DNA of 36,004 nt from Polyangiales bacterium. GTDB taxonomy: Bacteria > Myxococcota_A > Polyangia > Polyangiales > Ga0077539. The DNA is taken from positions 1-36,004 of the forward strand of contig JBGARZ010000033.1 in assembly GCA_044229975.1 (NCBI GenBank). Reading direction: 5' to 3'. Position 1 is the first letter of the stretch, and the number at the start of each line of letters is the position of its first letter. Shown here piece after piece: positions 1 to 10,276 of the stretch. The notes under the pieces are model-generated. The model had not been told where the DNA came from. It saw only the letters and a program-made list of their open reading frames with translations, and searched no databases. A program made the translations under genes and the position numbers.

Positions 1-282
1 GGCGGCACCGGCGGCGCGGGCGGCACCACGAGCTGCGAGTGCACCGGCAACGGCGGCCGCGGCGGCGACGGCGGCAACGGCGGCAGCGCGGGCAGCGGCG
101 CGGGCGGCCCCGGCGGCCCGGCGCTCGGCATCGCCTACGCGGGTGACATCCCGCAGCAGGTGAGCGTCACGTTCACCGTGGGCCGCGCGGGCACCGGCGG
201 GTCGGGCGGGCGCAACTCCGCGCTCGGCATGGCCAGCAGCGGCCCGGCCGGCACCCGCGTCAACGCGCAGCCCCTCGACTGA
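1..282 (+). CDS. C-terminal end of a glycine-rich (PE-PGRS-like) protein, 5'-truncated by the window edge
   Basis: Frame 1 is open from base 1 (GGTGGAGGTTSCECTGNGGRGGDGGNGG...GTRVNAQPLD) to TGA at 280-282; GGxGGxGG repeats. Confidence 0.8.
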   Translation, partial: GGTGGAGGTTSCECTGNGGRGGDGGNGGSAGSGAGGPGGPALGIAYAGDIPQQVSVTFTVGRAGTGGSGGRNSALGMASSGPAGTRVNAQPLD

Positions 283-385
283 GGGCATCTCTTCCGCAGG
301 TGGCGCAGCGGTGCCCCTGAGCATTTCCGTCGATTGCGTGCGTCCGCACGCGGCCCTGACCTAAGATCGTCGGCGTGAGCGCAGC

Positions 386-3300
386 GTGAAGGAGCGCACC
401 CGCCAAGGAGAGGAATCTGGAGAGCCCGCCGCGTCGGGAACGCTCCGCCCCTCGCCCGTCTCCGCGACGAGGGTGACCGGGCGCACGGGCATCTTCCGCT
501 GGTCGTCGCGGCCCGCGACGGGGACCCTCATCCCCGACGGCAGCGGGCCCAAGCAGCGCGCGACCGACCCGCTGAGCGTGCTCCTGCGGTGGACCGAAGA
601 CCTCGACGACGAGCGCGCCGTCACGCTCTGGTCGGGCCTGAGCGCCGTCGAAGACCCGCAGGCCCGCGAGGCCGCGCTGCTCCGGTGGATCGACTGGGCC
701 GGCGTCGCCATACCCCTCGGGGTAAAACTGCGCGACCTGGTGAAGGCCGTGGGGCGCCTCATCGGCGAGCTGGAGATGCTCGTGGGCGACGCCGACCGGG
801 TGCTCTCCCTCGACCCGGCCGACCTCGCGCCCGTCACCCGCGCGCTCCTCGGATGGATGCGCGCGAGAGAGGCGCAGCCCGGCGTGGTGCTGGGCGCGGC
901 GCTGTCCATCGTGCTGGCGGCCGAGACCCTGCGCGAGCGCCACCACGACGAGCCCGGCGCGCCCGCCCCGGTCTCGATGCCGATGCTCCTCGCGGCGCTG
1001 CGCCGTCGCATGGAGCGCGCGCCCACCGAGGAGTGCGCCGAGCTGCTCGCGGTGTACTTCCGGGCCGACCCGCCCGCCGTCATGGCGCCGTGGGCGGCCA
1101 TGCACCTGGAGTTCGCGCTGCTGGAGGGCGACCTGCGCGGCCACTACGCCCCGGCGCTCGCCCGCCTTCCCTTCGTCGCGCCCGCGGTGTGGCTCGACCT
1201 GCTGCGCCGCCGCGACGCGCCCCGCGACACGCTCCGCGCGATGCGCCTGCTCGCCGCGCTCGCCCAGCACGACCAGCTCGCCCGCGCGCTTCCCGAGGGC
1301 GCCGCCGCGCTCGCCGCCGAGGCGCTCGTGGCGGGCCTCGAGCACCCGCGCTTCCGCATCTGGTCGCTCGCCGCGCGGGCCATGGGCCGGCTGGTGGGCG
1401 CGCTGCCCGCGGTGAGCCGCGCGCTGCTGGGCCTGCTGGCGATGGAGGGCGCGACGCTGCTCCGGCGGCGGGCCTTCGCGGCGCTCGGCAACGTCGGGCC
1501 CGACGGCGACCCGGCGCTGCTCGCGCACCGCGACGCGGTCATCGCCGCGGTCGAGCGCCCGCCGACGCCGGGCGACTCGACGCAGAACGCGGAGACGGGC
1601 GCGTGGTCGCTCTCGCTGGCCTCGCAGGTGGCGGCCTTCGCGGTGTCGCTGCCCGACCACGTCACTCATGGTGAGCCCCGGTGGGCCGAGCTCGCGACGG
1701 CCTTCGCCGAGCGCGGCGGCCCCGACGCGTGGCTCGCGGTCGCGCGGGCGATGCAGGAGGTGACGCTGCGCCAGCCGCACGCGCTGGAGGCGGCGCGCGC
1801 GGTGGCGGTCAACGTCCGGGCGAAGGCCGTGGAGGTGCGGACGGCGACGGCCGACAACGAGCGGGCCGAGCGGGCCGAGGCCATCACGGTGCGGCTCATC
1901 CAGACCGACGCCCCGCGAGCCCCGCAGGCGCTGCTCTCGGAGCTGGCCCAGGCGGTGGGTCAGGCGCCCGCCGCCGAGGAGGTGCGCTCGCTCGTCGACG
2001 GCTGCGGCGCCGAGCTCGACCAGGTCATCACCCACGCGATGAAGATGCTCTCGGGCGACGGGAGCCGCGACGCCGCGCTGGGGAGTCTCGCGCTCGAAGA
2101 GGTGGTCGACCTCGTGGTCGACGGCGACCTCGAAGTGCTGGCCCACCACCTCGGTGAGGTGTCGGCGCGCACGGCGGGCCTCGCGCTCGTCGATGGTCTG
2201 CGCGAGCGGCTGCTGAAGATGGTGTGGGCGGGGATGCGCCGCTCGACGCCCGCGGCGGCGGCGTGGCGGCGGTGGCTGCTGCGGTCGGCGTCGGTGCTGC
2301 CCTGCGTTCCGCCGACCAACCGACACGTTGCCGCGGAGACGGTGTGCGAGCAGGTCATCGAGACGCTGGAGCGCGTGGCCGAAGACCCGCTGGTGGGTCA
2401 GCGATCGCTGGAGCGGCACGTCGCGGCGGCGCTGGTCGAGCTCGCCGCGGCGCTCACGCCGACGCTCGGGTCGGGCTCGCTGGTGGCGGTGCTGACCTGG
2501 ATGGCGCTGCGCGGGGTGATGGGCGCGTCGCAGGTGCGGATGCGCCGGTGGATCGCCGACGAAGCGGTAGGCGACCGGGTGCAGGGGTGGTTCAGGCTGG
2601 TGGAGCTGATGGCGCGCTCGGGGCGCGACGCCGCCGCCGACCTCACGTCCCTCCAGGCGATGGTGGGCGACGGTTGCCGGCTGGGCCGCACGCTCGGTGA
2701 GCTCGCGGGCTGCTGCGCGTCGCTCGCGGGGCGCCGCCCGGAGGCCCACTGGTCGGGGCTGCCGCGCTTCGACCTCGCCGACCTCGCGCGGGTGGTGGAT
2801 ACGTTCTCGCGACTCACGCCCGACGCGACCTTCGCGCTCACGCTCGACCGCGAGCGCGCCCCGGCCAACGCCCGCGCCGCGCGGGTGACGACGGCCCCGC
2901 TCACCGAGCGCGCCGCGCAGCTCGATCGACTGCTCACCTCGACGTCGCTGAAGTTCGTCGACGCCGCGCGCCGCAACGAGGTGGTCGAGCACTACGTCGC
3001 CGAGCTCGGATCGCTCTGCGAGGCCATCGCGACGGCGTGCGGTCCGCTGCTGTCGTCGCTCGTGCGGAGCGCGCTGGCGCGGGCGATGGTGTCGGTGCGC
3101 ACCATGGCGTCGGCGTCGGTGCGCACCGAGACGACGGGGGCGCGGCACATCGGTCGCTTGAAGGTGTTGGGGGAGCTCTCCAGCGCGCACGAGGGGGGAA
3201 TGGCCTCGACCTTCCTCGCGGAGGGCCCCGCGCCGGGCAAGCGCGTGGTGGTGAAGCTGCTGCCCTGGGCGGGCATGCGCGGCACCTCCGCCGAGACGGC

Positions 3301-4021
3301 GCGCGCGCTCTTCGAGGGCGAGATGGAGCGCCTCGCGCGGGTGGTTCACCCCAACGTGGTGGGCATCGTGGACGCGGGCTTCGTCGACGAGGGCGCCTAC
3401 CTCGCGCTGGAGTACATCCCGGGCGCGTCGCTGGAGACCCTGCTCACGCAGCTCGGGCGCATGTCACCGGGCGCGCTCGCACCCATCATCCGTGACGTGG
3501 CCCGGGCGCTGGCGCACCTGCACCAGCGCGGAGTACTGCACCGTGATGTGAAGCCGGCCAACCTGCTGGCGCAGTTCGAGCTGCCGGAGGGCGAGGCGTT
3601 GACGGCGGCGACGCTCGCGAGCGCCGAGCTCATCCGCGCGGTGCTCATCGACTTCGGCATCGCGACGGAGACGTCGCGCGCGGGTGCCCACGAGGGCATC
3701 ACGGGGACGCCGGGGTACATCGCGCCGGAAGTTGTTCGGGGCATCGAGCCCTTCGGCCCGGCGGTGGACGTCTACGCGCTCGCGGTGGTGGTCTTCGAGA
3801 TGCTCTGCGGGACCAACCCCTTCCTCGCGGGCGAGCCCGACCTGGAGACGGTGCTGGTGCGCCACGGGTCGGTCGCGCTGCCGTGGTCCGACCTGCCGGA
3901 GATGCCCGGCCGGGCGGCGGTGGTGAAGCTGCTGCAAGACTCCACCCGCATGGACCCGCGGCACCGCCCCTCGATGCGGACGTTTCTCCAGCGCTGGATG
4001 GAAGTCTCCGCAGGGTTCTAG
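386..4021 (+). CDS. Hanks-type Ser/Thr protein kinase with C-terminal kinase domain and ~920-aa helical N-terminal region
   Basis: Motifs VVKLL, HPNVV, HRDVKPAN, DFG, GTPGYIAPE and DVYA in the last ~290 aa; start codon uncertain. Confidence 0.9.
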   Translation: MKERTRQGEESGEPAASGTLRPSPVSATRVTGRTGIFRWSSRPATGTLIPDGSGPKQRATDPLSVLLRWTEDLDDERAVTLWSGLSAVEDPQAREAALLRWIDWAGVAIPLGVKLRDLVKAVGRLIGELEMLVGDADRVLSLDPADLAPVTRALLGWMRAREAQPGVVLGAALSIVLAAETLRERHHDEPGAPAPVSMPMLLAALRRRMERAPTEECAELLAVYFRADPPAVMAPWAAMHLEFALLEGDLRGHYAPALARLPFVAPAVWLDLLRRRDAPRDTLRAMRLLAALAQHDQLARALPEGAAALAAEALVAGLEHPRFRIWSLAARAMGRLVGALPAVSRALLGLLAMEGATLLRRRAFAALGNVGPDGDPALLAHRDAVIAAVERPPTPGDSTQNAETGAWSLSLASQVAAFAVSLPDHVTHGEPRWAELATAFAERGGPDAWLAVARAMQEVTLRQPHALEAARAVAVNVRAKAVEVRTATADNERAERAEAITVRLIQTDAPRAPQALLSELAQAVGQAPAAEEVRSLVDGCGAELDQVITHAMKMLSGDGSRDAALGSLALEEVVDLVVDGDLEVLAHHLGEVSARTAGLALVDGLRERLLKMVWAGMRRSTPAAAAWRRWLLRSASVLPCVPPTNRHVAAETVCEQVIETLERVAEDPLVGQRSLERHVAAALVELAAALTPTLGSGSLVAVLTWMALRGVMGASQVRMRRWIADEAVGDRVQGWFRLVELMARSGRDAAADLTSLQAMVGDGCRLGRTLGELAGCCASLAGRRPEAHWSGLPRFDLADLARVVDTFSRLTPDATFALTLDRERAPANARAARVTTAPLTERAAQLDRLLTSTSLKFVDAARRNEVVEHYVAELGSLCEAIATACGPLLSSLVRSALARAMVSVRTMASASVRTETTGARHIGRLKVLGELSSAHEGGMASTFLAEGPAPGKRVVVKLLPWAGMRGTSAETARALFEGEMERLARVVHPNVVGIVDAGFVDEGAYLALEYIPGASLETLLTQLGRMSPGALAPIIRDVARALAHLHQRGVLHRDVKPANLLAQFELPEGEALTAATLASAELIRAVLIDFGIATETSRAGAHEGITGTPGYIAPEVVRGIEPFGPAVDVYALAVVVFEMLCGTNPFLAGEPDLETVLVRHGSVALPWSDLPEMPGRAAVVKLLQDSTRMDPRHRPSMRTFLQRWMEVSAGF

Positions 4022-4023
4022 AC

Positions 4024-4791
4024 TCAGTTGGTGCTGGGCAGGTCGTCGCCGATCTCGCCGATGATCTCGGGCTCACCCGTCGGCGGCCGCACCACCCGCG
4101 ACCGCCGCGGCGCCGACGACCCGACCACCGGCCGCTCCGCGCTCGGCGTCACCCGCGCCGCATTCTGTGTCGCTCGCTCGGCGTCGGCCGTCGCCCGCCG
4201 CTGGGCCGCTTCGGCGATCGCCACCTGCCGCCGCGCGTCGTCCGCCGCCCGCTCGGCCACCACGCGCCGGTCGTCGGCGTCGCGCCGCGCCCGCTCCGCG
4301 CGCTGCGTCGCCGCGGCCCCCGCCTCCCGCATCGGCTTCACCACCCCGAAGAACGTCCCCGCCCCCATCACGGCCATCAGCGCCAGCGCCCCGAGGCCCA
4401 TCGCACCCGGATTCACTCCGCGCCGCTGCTGCGCCGCGATGGCCGCCAGCCGCTGCTCCTGCTCCAACCGCAGCGCCAGCTCGCGCTCCTGGCGCCGCGA
4501 CTCGGCCTCCAGGCGGATGCGCAGCGCCGACTCCTCCCGCTCGCGCGCCGCGTTGGCCTCCGCCTCGCGACGCTGACGCTCCTCCGCCGCCCGCGCGTCG
4601 ACCTCGGCTCGTCGCTGCGCCGCGACCTCGGCCTCCTCGCGACGACGCGCCTCGTCCGCCCGCGCCTGCTCCATGGCCGCTGCCTGCTGCCGCGCGCTGT
4701 CCTCCTGCCGAACCCGATCGTCCTCGATGGCCATCAAGCTGCGGAGCGAGAACAACACCGAGTCTTCCTTCTGCTGCGATTGCTGCTTCAT
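4024..4791 (-). CDS. Membrane-anchored coiled-coil protein (TolA-like composition)
   Basis: N-terminal EDSVLFSLRSL, long E/R/A-rich helix, one hydrophobic segment (MGLGALALMAVMGAGTFFGVV); GAGG Shine-Dalgarno upstream of the ATG. Confidence 0.75.
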   Translation of the reverse strand: MKQQSQQKEDSVLFSLRSLMAIEDDRVRQEDSARQQAAAMEQARADEARRREEAEVAAQRRAEVDARAAEERQRREAEANAAREREESALRIRLEAESRRQERELALRLEQEQRLAAIAAQQRRGVNPGAMGLGALALMAVMGAGTFFGVVKPMREAGAAATQRAERARRDADDRRVVAERAADDARRQVAIAEAAQRRATADAERATQNAARVTPSAERPVVGSSAPRRSRVVRPPTGEPEIIGEIGDDLPSTN

Positions 4792-5095
4792 CGATCGACC
4801 TCCTCAAGCACCACCGGACCCTCGAAACCTCTGACGCCCATACGCGCCACAAGTTCTTCCGATACAGAAATATTCCTCCCATCACAAATTACAGAACACC
4901 CGACCAGCCCACCCCACGAGCGGTCCGTCTCGTCTTGACCCACCGACCAGGACAGCCATTGGACGCACCCACGCAGAATCCATGATCTGAACAAACGAAG
5001 CCCTCCCACTTCGTCGTGATCGCGTGCTGGCGGTCGTTCGCTTGACACGCCCTTCTCCCACCGACGACAGCTTCGCCCCTCTCCACTCACCCCCG

Positions 5096-6811
5096 ATGCG
5101 ACCACTCGTCCTCCTCGCCGCCCTCTCGTTTCCCTCTGTCATCGCTGCGCAGTCGCGCCCCACGGAGTACGCGCGCCCCTCGCCCGCCCCGGCGCGCGTC
5201 GCTCACGGTGAGGTTGTCGCCTTCGCCCGCGAGCTCGACGCCGCCCGCGACGGCGACCGCGTTCTCGTCGCCTGGATCGACCACACCAACAACGGCAACG
5301 CCCAGCTCCGCACCACGCTGCTGCGCCGCGACGGCGACGACGCGCTCACCCGCGCCCGCCCCGACGTCCCCGTCGCCGACTCCATCCGCTCGCCCACCCT
5401 CGTCTGGAACGGTCGCCACGGCCTCCTCGCCTGGGTCGTCCCGCCGCCACCGCCCGCGCCGCGCCCCGCCGCCGGAGCAGCCGCACCTGCCCGACCGCGC
5501 TTCCGCGCTGACCCCGTCGTCGACGAGACCCTCGGACTGCGCGACCGCTCCGGCGGCGACATCGTCGTGCAACGCCTCGACGCCGAAGGCCGTCCCGAAG
5601 GCCCCGCGCGCGTCGTCTTCCATGAGAACAGCCGCCTCGCAGGCGTGGCCGTCGCCCTCGACGATCGCAACGTCACCCTCGCGTGGACCGGCTCGCTCGT
5701 CACCGAGGATGAAGTGCGACAGACCGTTCGTGTGTTGCACCTCGGCGACGACCTCCAGCCGACGACCCCGATGGCCCTCAACACCGGCCTCACCGGCGAG
5801 CTCGCCCCGACGCCCACCCTCCTCGCGCGCCCCGATCACTCCATCACCCTCCGAACCACCGGCACCGCCTGCCGCTCGCTCATCGGACAACCGCCTGTCG
5901 CGCTCGTCACCGATGACGTCTCGGCCCGCGTCGAGGCGCCCAACCGATCGCTCATGCCGCAACAGCCGCTGCGCGAAGTCGAAGGCCCGCCCGTCGCGTG
6001 CGACCCGCTCTCGGTCTACGAGACCACCCTCCGGCGCGACCAGCCCATCACCACGCCGCGCCCCGTCTCTGCCCTCCCCACACCCTCGCTGCGTGCGCCC
6101 GATCTCACGCCGCGCGTGCACCCGCCGCCCGGCTTCGAGACGCCCATCGTCGAACTCCCCGTTGCGCCCGAGAGCGACCCCGGTGACCCCTTCGCCGCGC
6201 CTCGCGCGACCGCCGCCGACGCCTCGCACCTCGTCGTCATCGACCGCACCGCCCACGCCCTCGCCCTTCGCTCCGGAACGCAGTCCACCGTCCTCGCCCG
6301 CAGCGACATGGGCTTCGCTACCGTCACCCTCCTGCCCGGCTCACCCGCCATCGTCCTCTCGCGCGAAGGCGTCTGGAGCGGGCCCGTTCGCGCGTGGTTC
6401 GTCGACCGCCCGGGGCTCACGACCGTGCAGCTCCCGCGCGCCACCGTGGTGCCCGTCGCACCCGTCGCCGCACCGCGCGTTCCCGTCACGGCGCCCTACG
6501 TCTACGACGCCGACTTCGCGCGCTTGTGGGTTCGCGCTCGCGCCGCCCGCGCCGTGTTCATGCGCCACGAAAACCTCGCGGGCATCCTCGCGTCGCGCCC
6601 GGAGGCGCCCACCGACCCGCGCATGCCCGCCATCATCGCCAACCGAACGCGCCTCCGCGGCCGCTGGGAGAGCGCTTGCGGGGCCCTCACCACCCGCGCC
6701 GCGCAGCTCACCCGACGCGGCGCCGGCCCCGGTCCGTCGCAGGGCGCGCAGTCACTCTGCGAGATGCCCGCCGACCTCGTGCTCGGACAACCCATCAACC
6801 AAGCCCTGTGA
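5096..6811 (+). CDS. Secreted Pro-rich hypothetical protein
   Basis: ATG at 5096 gives signal-peptide-like MRPLVLLAALSFPSVIAAQ; long ORF with GC-rich third positions. Confidence 0.7.
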   Translation: MRPLVLLAALSFPSVIAAQSRPTEYARPSPAPARVAHGEVVAFARELDAARDGDRVLVAWIDHTNNGNAQLRTTLLRRDGDDALTRARPDVPVADSIRSPTLVWNGRHGLLAWVVPPPPPAPRPAAGAAAPARPRFRADPVVDETLGLRDRSGGDIVVQRLDAEGRPEGPARVVFHENSRLAGVAVALDDRNVTLAWTGSLVTEDEVRQTVRVLHLGDDLQPTTPMALNTGLTGELAPTPTLLARPDHSITLRTTGTACRSLIGQPPVALVTDDVSARVEAPNRSLMPQQPLREVEGPPVACDPLSVYETTLRRDQPITTPRPVSALPTPSLRAPDLTPRVHPPPGFETPIVELPVAPESDPGDPFAAPRATAADASHLVVIDRTAHALALRSGTQSTVLARSDMGFATVTLLPGSPAIVLSREGVWSGPVRAWFVDRPGLTTVQLPRATVVPVAPVAAPRVPVTAPYVYDADFARLWVRARAARAVFMRHENLAGILASRPEAPTDPRMPAIIANRTRLRGRWESACGALTTRAAQLTRRGAGPGPSQGAQSLCEMPADLVLGQPINQAL

Positions 6812-6841
6812 GCGCGAGCCGAAGGGGGTTATAGCCCCCTC

Positions 6842-8086
6842 ATGAACGACCGCCGCGACGAGCGCACCGCCCACCGCCCGCTCCTGCGGCGACCCTTCGC
6901 CAGGCGCGCCCTCGTCAACGTCGGCGGCGCCGTCGAGGCCGTCGGCGACGAGGTCCTCGCCGCGAAGCTCACCACCGCCCTCACCGTGCGCCCCGGCGAA
7001 CGCGACGCCACCCTCACGCACCCCTTCCACGCCTACCCCGCGCGGCTGCACCCCGCCATCGCCCGCTCGCTGCTCAGCGCCCTCGATCTGCCGCCGGGCG
7101 CCACGCTGCTCGATCCGTTTTGCGGCTCTGGCACCGGGCTCGTCGAGGCCATGGCGGCGGGGCTGCGCGCCGTCGGTCGCGACCTCTCGCCCTTCGCCGT
7201 CGAGCTCGCCTCGCTCAAGACCCGCGTCACCACCGCGGCCGATCGTCGGCGCATCGTCACCGCCGCCGAGAGCGTCGCGATGCGCGCCGAGCAGGGCGTT
7301 CGCATGCGCTGGAAGGCCAACATCCCGCGCGGCGAACAGAAGTGGTTCTATCCCCACACGCTCGCCGAGCTCTCGGCGCTGTCGCAAGAGCTCCATCGCA
7401 CCTCCGGGCTCACGCAGGCCGCGCTGCGGATGCTGCTCTCGTCCATCCTCGTGAAGGTGTCGCTCCAGGCGTCGGACTCCGACGCGCGCAAGGTGCGGAA
7501 GGATGTTCCGATTCGCGCGGCCATCCACTGGTTTGCCGACAAGGCGCGCGAGCTCGATCGCTGCCTCGCCGCGCTCGAAGCGGCCGTCCCGGGCGGCGCG
7601 TCGGCCGAGGTGCTGGCCGACGACGCGACGACACTGGAGACGATCGCGGCGGACTCCGTCGACGGCGTGGTGACGTCGCCACCGTACGCGAACACCTACG
7701 ACTACGCCGTGCAGCACGAGCGGCGGTACGTGTGGCTGCGCCTCGACGACCGGCGGATGCTGGAGCGCGAGATCGGCGCCGCGCGGTGGTTCGCGGATGA
7801 CCCGGCGGTGGGGGCGTTTCGCTTCAGCAGAGAGCTCGGGCTGATGTGCCGGGCTCTGTCGCGGGTGTTGAAGAAGGGCGGGCGCGCGGCGGTGGTGATG
7901 GCCGACGGCGCGGCGGGGGGCGAGGCGATGTTCGCCGACGAGATGCTCGCCGACGCGGCGAGGGGCGCCGACCTGAAGGTGGTCGCGCGGGCGTCGCAGG
8001 TGCGCGCGGTGTTCGACGACGACAGCAAGCAGGCGTTTGCGAAGCGGCCCAAGCGCGAGCACGTCGTGGTGCTGGGGAAGAAGTAG
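6842..8086 (+). CDS. SAM-dependent amino-methyltransferase (likely N4-cytosine/N6-adenine DNA methylase)
   Basis: HPFHAYPARL, motif I LLDPFCGSGT, catalytic motif IV VTSPPY, RVLKKGG. Confidence 0.8.
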   Translation: MNDRRDERTAHRPLLRRPFARRALVNVGGAVEAVGDEVLAAKLTTALTVRPGERDATLTHPFHAYPARLHPAIARSLLSALDLPPGATLLDPFCGSGTGLVEAMAAGLRAVGRDLSPFAVELASLKTRVTTAADRRRIVTAAESVAMRAEQGVRMRWKANIPRGEQKWFYPHTLAELSALSQELHRTSGLTQAALRMLLSSILVKVSLQASDSDARKVRKDVPIRAAIHWFADKARELDRCLAALEAAVPGGASAEVLADDATTLETIAADSVDGVVTSPPYANTYDYAVQHERRYVWLRLDDRRMLEREIGAARWFADDPAVGAFRFSRELGLMCRALSRVLKKGGRAAVVMADGAAGGEAMFADEMLADAARGADLKVVARASQVRAVFDDDSKQAFAKRPKREHVVVLGKK

Positions 8087-8087
8087 T

Positions 8088-9308
8088 TCAGCCGCGCGGC
8101 GGAGCGGCGGGCGCTCGCGACAGCGGCGTGGCCTCTTCCAGCCACACCCGGCTTCGCACGTGCGGTCGACCCGGCCAGTGCAGCTCGAACCACCCGCTGC
8201 TCTCGTCGAACTCGAAGCCCACCCCAGGCAGAAACGGGTCCCTCGACGCCACCACCTCGAAGGACCACCGCGACCGGCGCCCGCCCGGCATCGCCACCGG
8301 CGTCTGCAACGGCAACGCGTCGCGCACCGCCTGCTCGGCCGCGCGGTCGAAGCCCGCGATGTGCGACGAGTGCAGCACCCGCACCTCCACCACACGCCCG
8401 TCCTCCCCCTGCACCACCTCCACCTCCGCGCGCGTGCGCCGCGTGTTGCCGCGCGACGCGTCGACGATGCCCGTGAAGGGTTGCTGGCGGCGTTCGAGGC
8501 CGGTGCGGCTGCCTTCGAGCGCGTCGATGGTCGACCCGGTGCGACCGGGCTCCACCGCGGCCCCGTTGGCGGCGCGCTGGATGTCGGCGAGCGCCGCGAC
8601 GGGCATCGCCACCGTGGAGAGCAGCGTCTCGCCGATGGACGGCATGCGCGACACGCCCGGTCGCCACGACTCCAGCATGCGCCGACGCAGCGACCAGTAG
8701 TACCCACGAACGCCCGCAGCCTCGTGCTGGTGCGTCTCCGCGAGCCGCTCGTTGACGTAGCCCCGCGAGGCCGCGATGGCGCGCGACTCGGGCGTCCCGG
8801 TGGGGAGGTCGATCAGTGACCGCGCGCGGGCCCGCTCGCTCTGCACCTGCGCGATGGACGGCGCCTCTCCCCAGACGCCCTCGGTCTCCGAGGGCCTCAC
8901 CCGCAAGAGGTCAGCGGCGTGCAACTCGGGCGCGGGCGGCGCGACGAGAACGGGCGGCGTCGGCGTCGGCGGCGACGCACCGACAGGTGCCGGTGTGACG
9001 GGCCCGGGCGAGGACACGGGCGCGACAGACGGCGCGTTGGAGCGAGGGGCTGACGACGGCTCGCTTGCGGGGGCAGCAGCAGCGGCGGGCGCGGCTGGTG
9101 CGGCGGGGGTGACCGCGGCGACGGGCGCGGGCGCGGGTGCGAGGTCGAGCTCGATGGTGGTGACGACGGGCGCGGGACGCACCGGCGGGAGAGGGCGGCG
9201 GGCGACGGCGAGGGCGACGAGGCCGAGGCCGACGTGCAGGAGCACCGAGGTGGCGAGGCTGCGGGGTCGGCGGGAGATGGGGGTCACGCTCGCGCGGAGG
9301 TCATACAC
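8088..9308 (-). CDS. TonB/energy-transducer family protein with C-terminal TonB_C-like domain
   Basis: N-terminal anchor SVLLH, Pro/Ala-rich linker, C-terminal DGRVVEVRVLHSSHIAGFDRAAEQAVR. Confidence 0.75.
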   Translation of the reverse strand: MYDLRASVTPISRRPRSLATSVLLHVGLGLVALAVARRPLPPVRPAPVVTTIELDLAPAPAPVAAVTPAAPAAPAAAAAPASEPSSAPRSNAPSVAPVSSPGPVTPAPVGASPPTPTPPVLVAPPAPELHAADLLRVRPSETEGVWGEAPSIAQVQSERARARSLIDLPTGTPESRAIAASRGYVNERLAETHQHEAAGVRGYYWSLRRRMLESWRPGVSRMPSIGETLLSTVAMPVAALADIQRAANGAAVEPGRTGSTIDALEGSRTGLERRQQPFTGIVDASRGNTRRTRAEVEVVQGEDGRVVEVRVLHSSHIAGFDRAAEQAVRDALPLQTPVAMPGGRRSRWSFEVVASRDPFLPGVGFEFDESSGWFELHWPGRPHVRSRVWLEEATPLSRAPAAPPRG

Positions 9309-9389
9309 CGTGTCGCTGGATGGGGCACCCCGTCGGCAGGACCCTGAAGAGGCTACGAATCACGGCTTGAACCGTTGCAGGTTGCCAGC

Positions 9390-9431
9390 GGAGGCAACGA
9401 AGAACGGTTCGACCCGTCTTTCGTTGCCTCC
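9390..9431 (-). terminator. Hairpin downstream of the EF-hand gene, probable terminator
   Basis: GGAGGCAACGAA(9390-9401)/TTCGTTGCCTCC(9420-9431) 12-bp stem plus inner ACGG/CCGT; no clear U-tract. Confidence 0.45.
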
Positions 9432-9457
9432 TGGGGCGGTGCGTCAATCCAGCAAAG

Positions 9458-10126
9458 CTACTGCGCCTGGCGCGCGGCCCGGCGCTGCTCGCGGTGGGCC
9501 TGGAGCTCGGCGGGGCTCAGCGTTCCGTCGCGGTTGGTGTCCGCGGCGCCGAGGCGCTCGGCCATGCGCGGGGGCAGCTCGCTCACTTCGAGGGCGCCGT
9601 TGCCGTTGCGATCGAAGTGCTGGAGGAAGCCCTCACCGCCACGACCGTGACCGCGACCGCGACCGTGGCCGCCCATGCGGAGGGCGCCCGACGCACGCGC
9701 CTGCTGGAGCTCGTCGCGCGACACCCGGCCGTCGTGGTTGCCGTCGGCGGCCTGGAGGTGCTCCCACCGTGCGCCCACCTCGTCGGCGGTGAAGGCGCCG
9801 TCACCGTTGGTGTCGATGCGCGCGAAGCGAGCGGCGCGCTGCGTCTCCATGTGCGCGGTGAGCTCGGCCTGGCTCAGCACGCCGTCGCGGTTGGTGTCCG
9901 CGGTCGCCATGCGCTCGGCCATGCGCGGCGGGAGCTCGCTGACCTCGACGGTTCCGTTGCCGTTGCGGTCGAGGTGCTGGATGAAGCTGGCGCCGTCGCG
10001 GCCGTGACCGCCGCGGCCCTGGCAGGCACCTGCGGGCGGGGCGTTTTGTGCGAAGGCCGTCGCGCTGATGGCGACGAGGGCGACGACGAGGGAGCTGCCA
10101 AGGGTGAAGCGAGAGATGTTCTTCAT
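9458..10126 (-). CDS. Secreted EF-hand calcium-binding protein
   Basis: Signal peptide ending AFA; six DxNxD/NG...E loops (e.g. DTNRDGVLSQAE); GGAGG Shine-Dalgarno. Confidence 0.85.
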   Translation of the reverse strand: MKNISRFTLGSSLVVALVAISATAFAQNAPPAGACQGRGGHGRDGASFIQHLDRNGNGTVEVSELPPRMAERMATADTNRDGVLSQAELTAHMETQRAARFARIDTNGDGAFTADEVGARWEHLQAADGNHDGRVSRDELQQARASGALRMGGHGRGRGHGRGGEGFLQHFDRNGNGALEVSELPPRMAERLGAADTNRDGTLSPAELQAHREQRRAARQAQ

Positions 10127-10276
10127 GATGAGTGCCTCCGTAGTGGCGCTGCGTACGGATTCATGGACGCCACGCGGTCGGCGCCTCCTACGGAGCCTCC
10201 GAAGATTTTTCCGCGGAGGGGGAGAGCCTTCGCCGCCGGAGTGGTCGTCCGATGAGGTGAGAGAGGAGGGAGGGAG

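Noticed and set aside
260..3349. 1029-aa minus-strand ORF and many other long overlapping ORFs in the track (e.g. 16483-18849, 22097-23893, 24623-25900)
   Set aside because: Shadow ORFs expected at very high GC; Arg/Gly/His-rich, no motifs, and antisense to genes with clear family signatures
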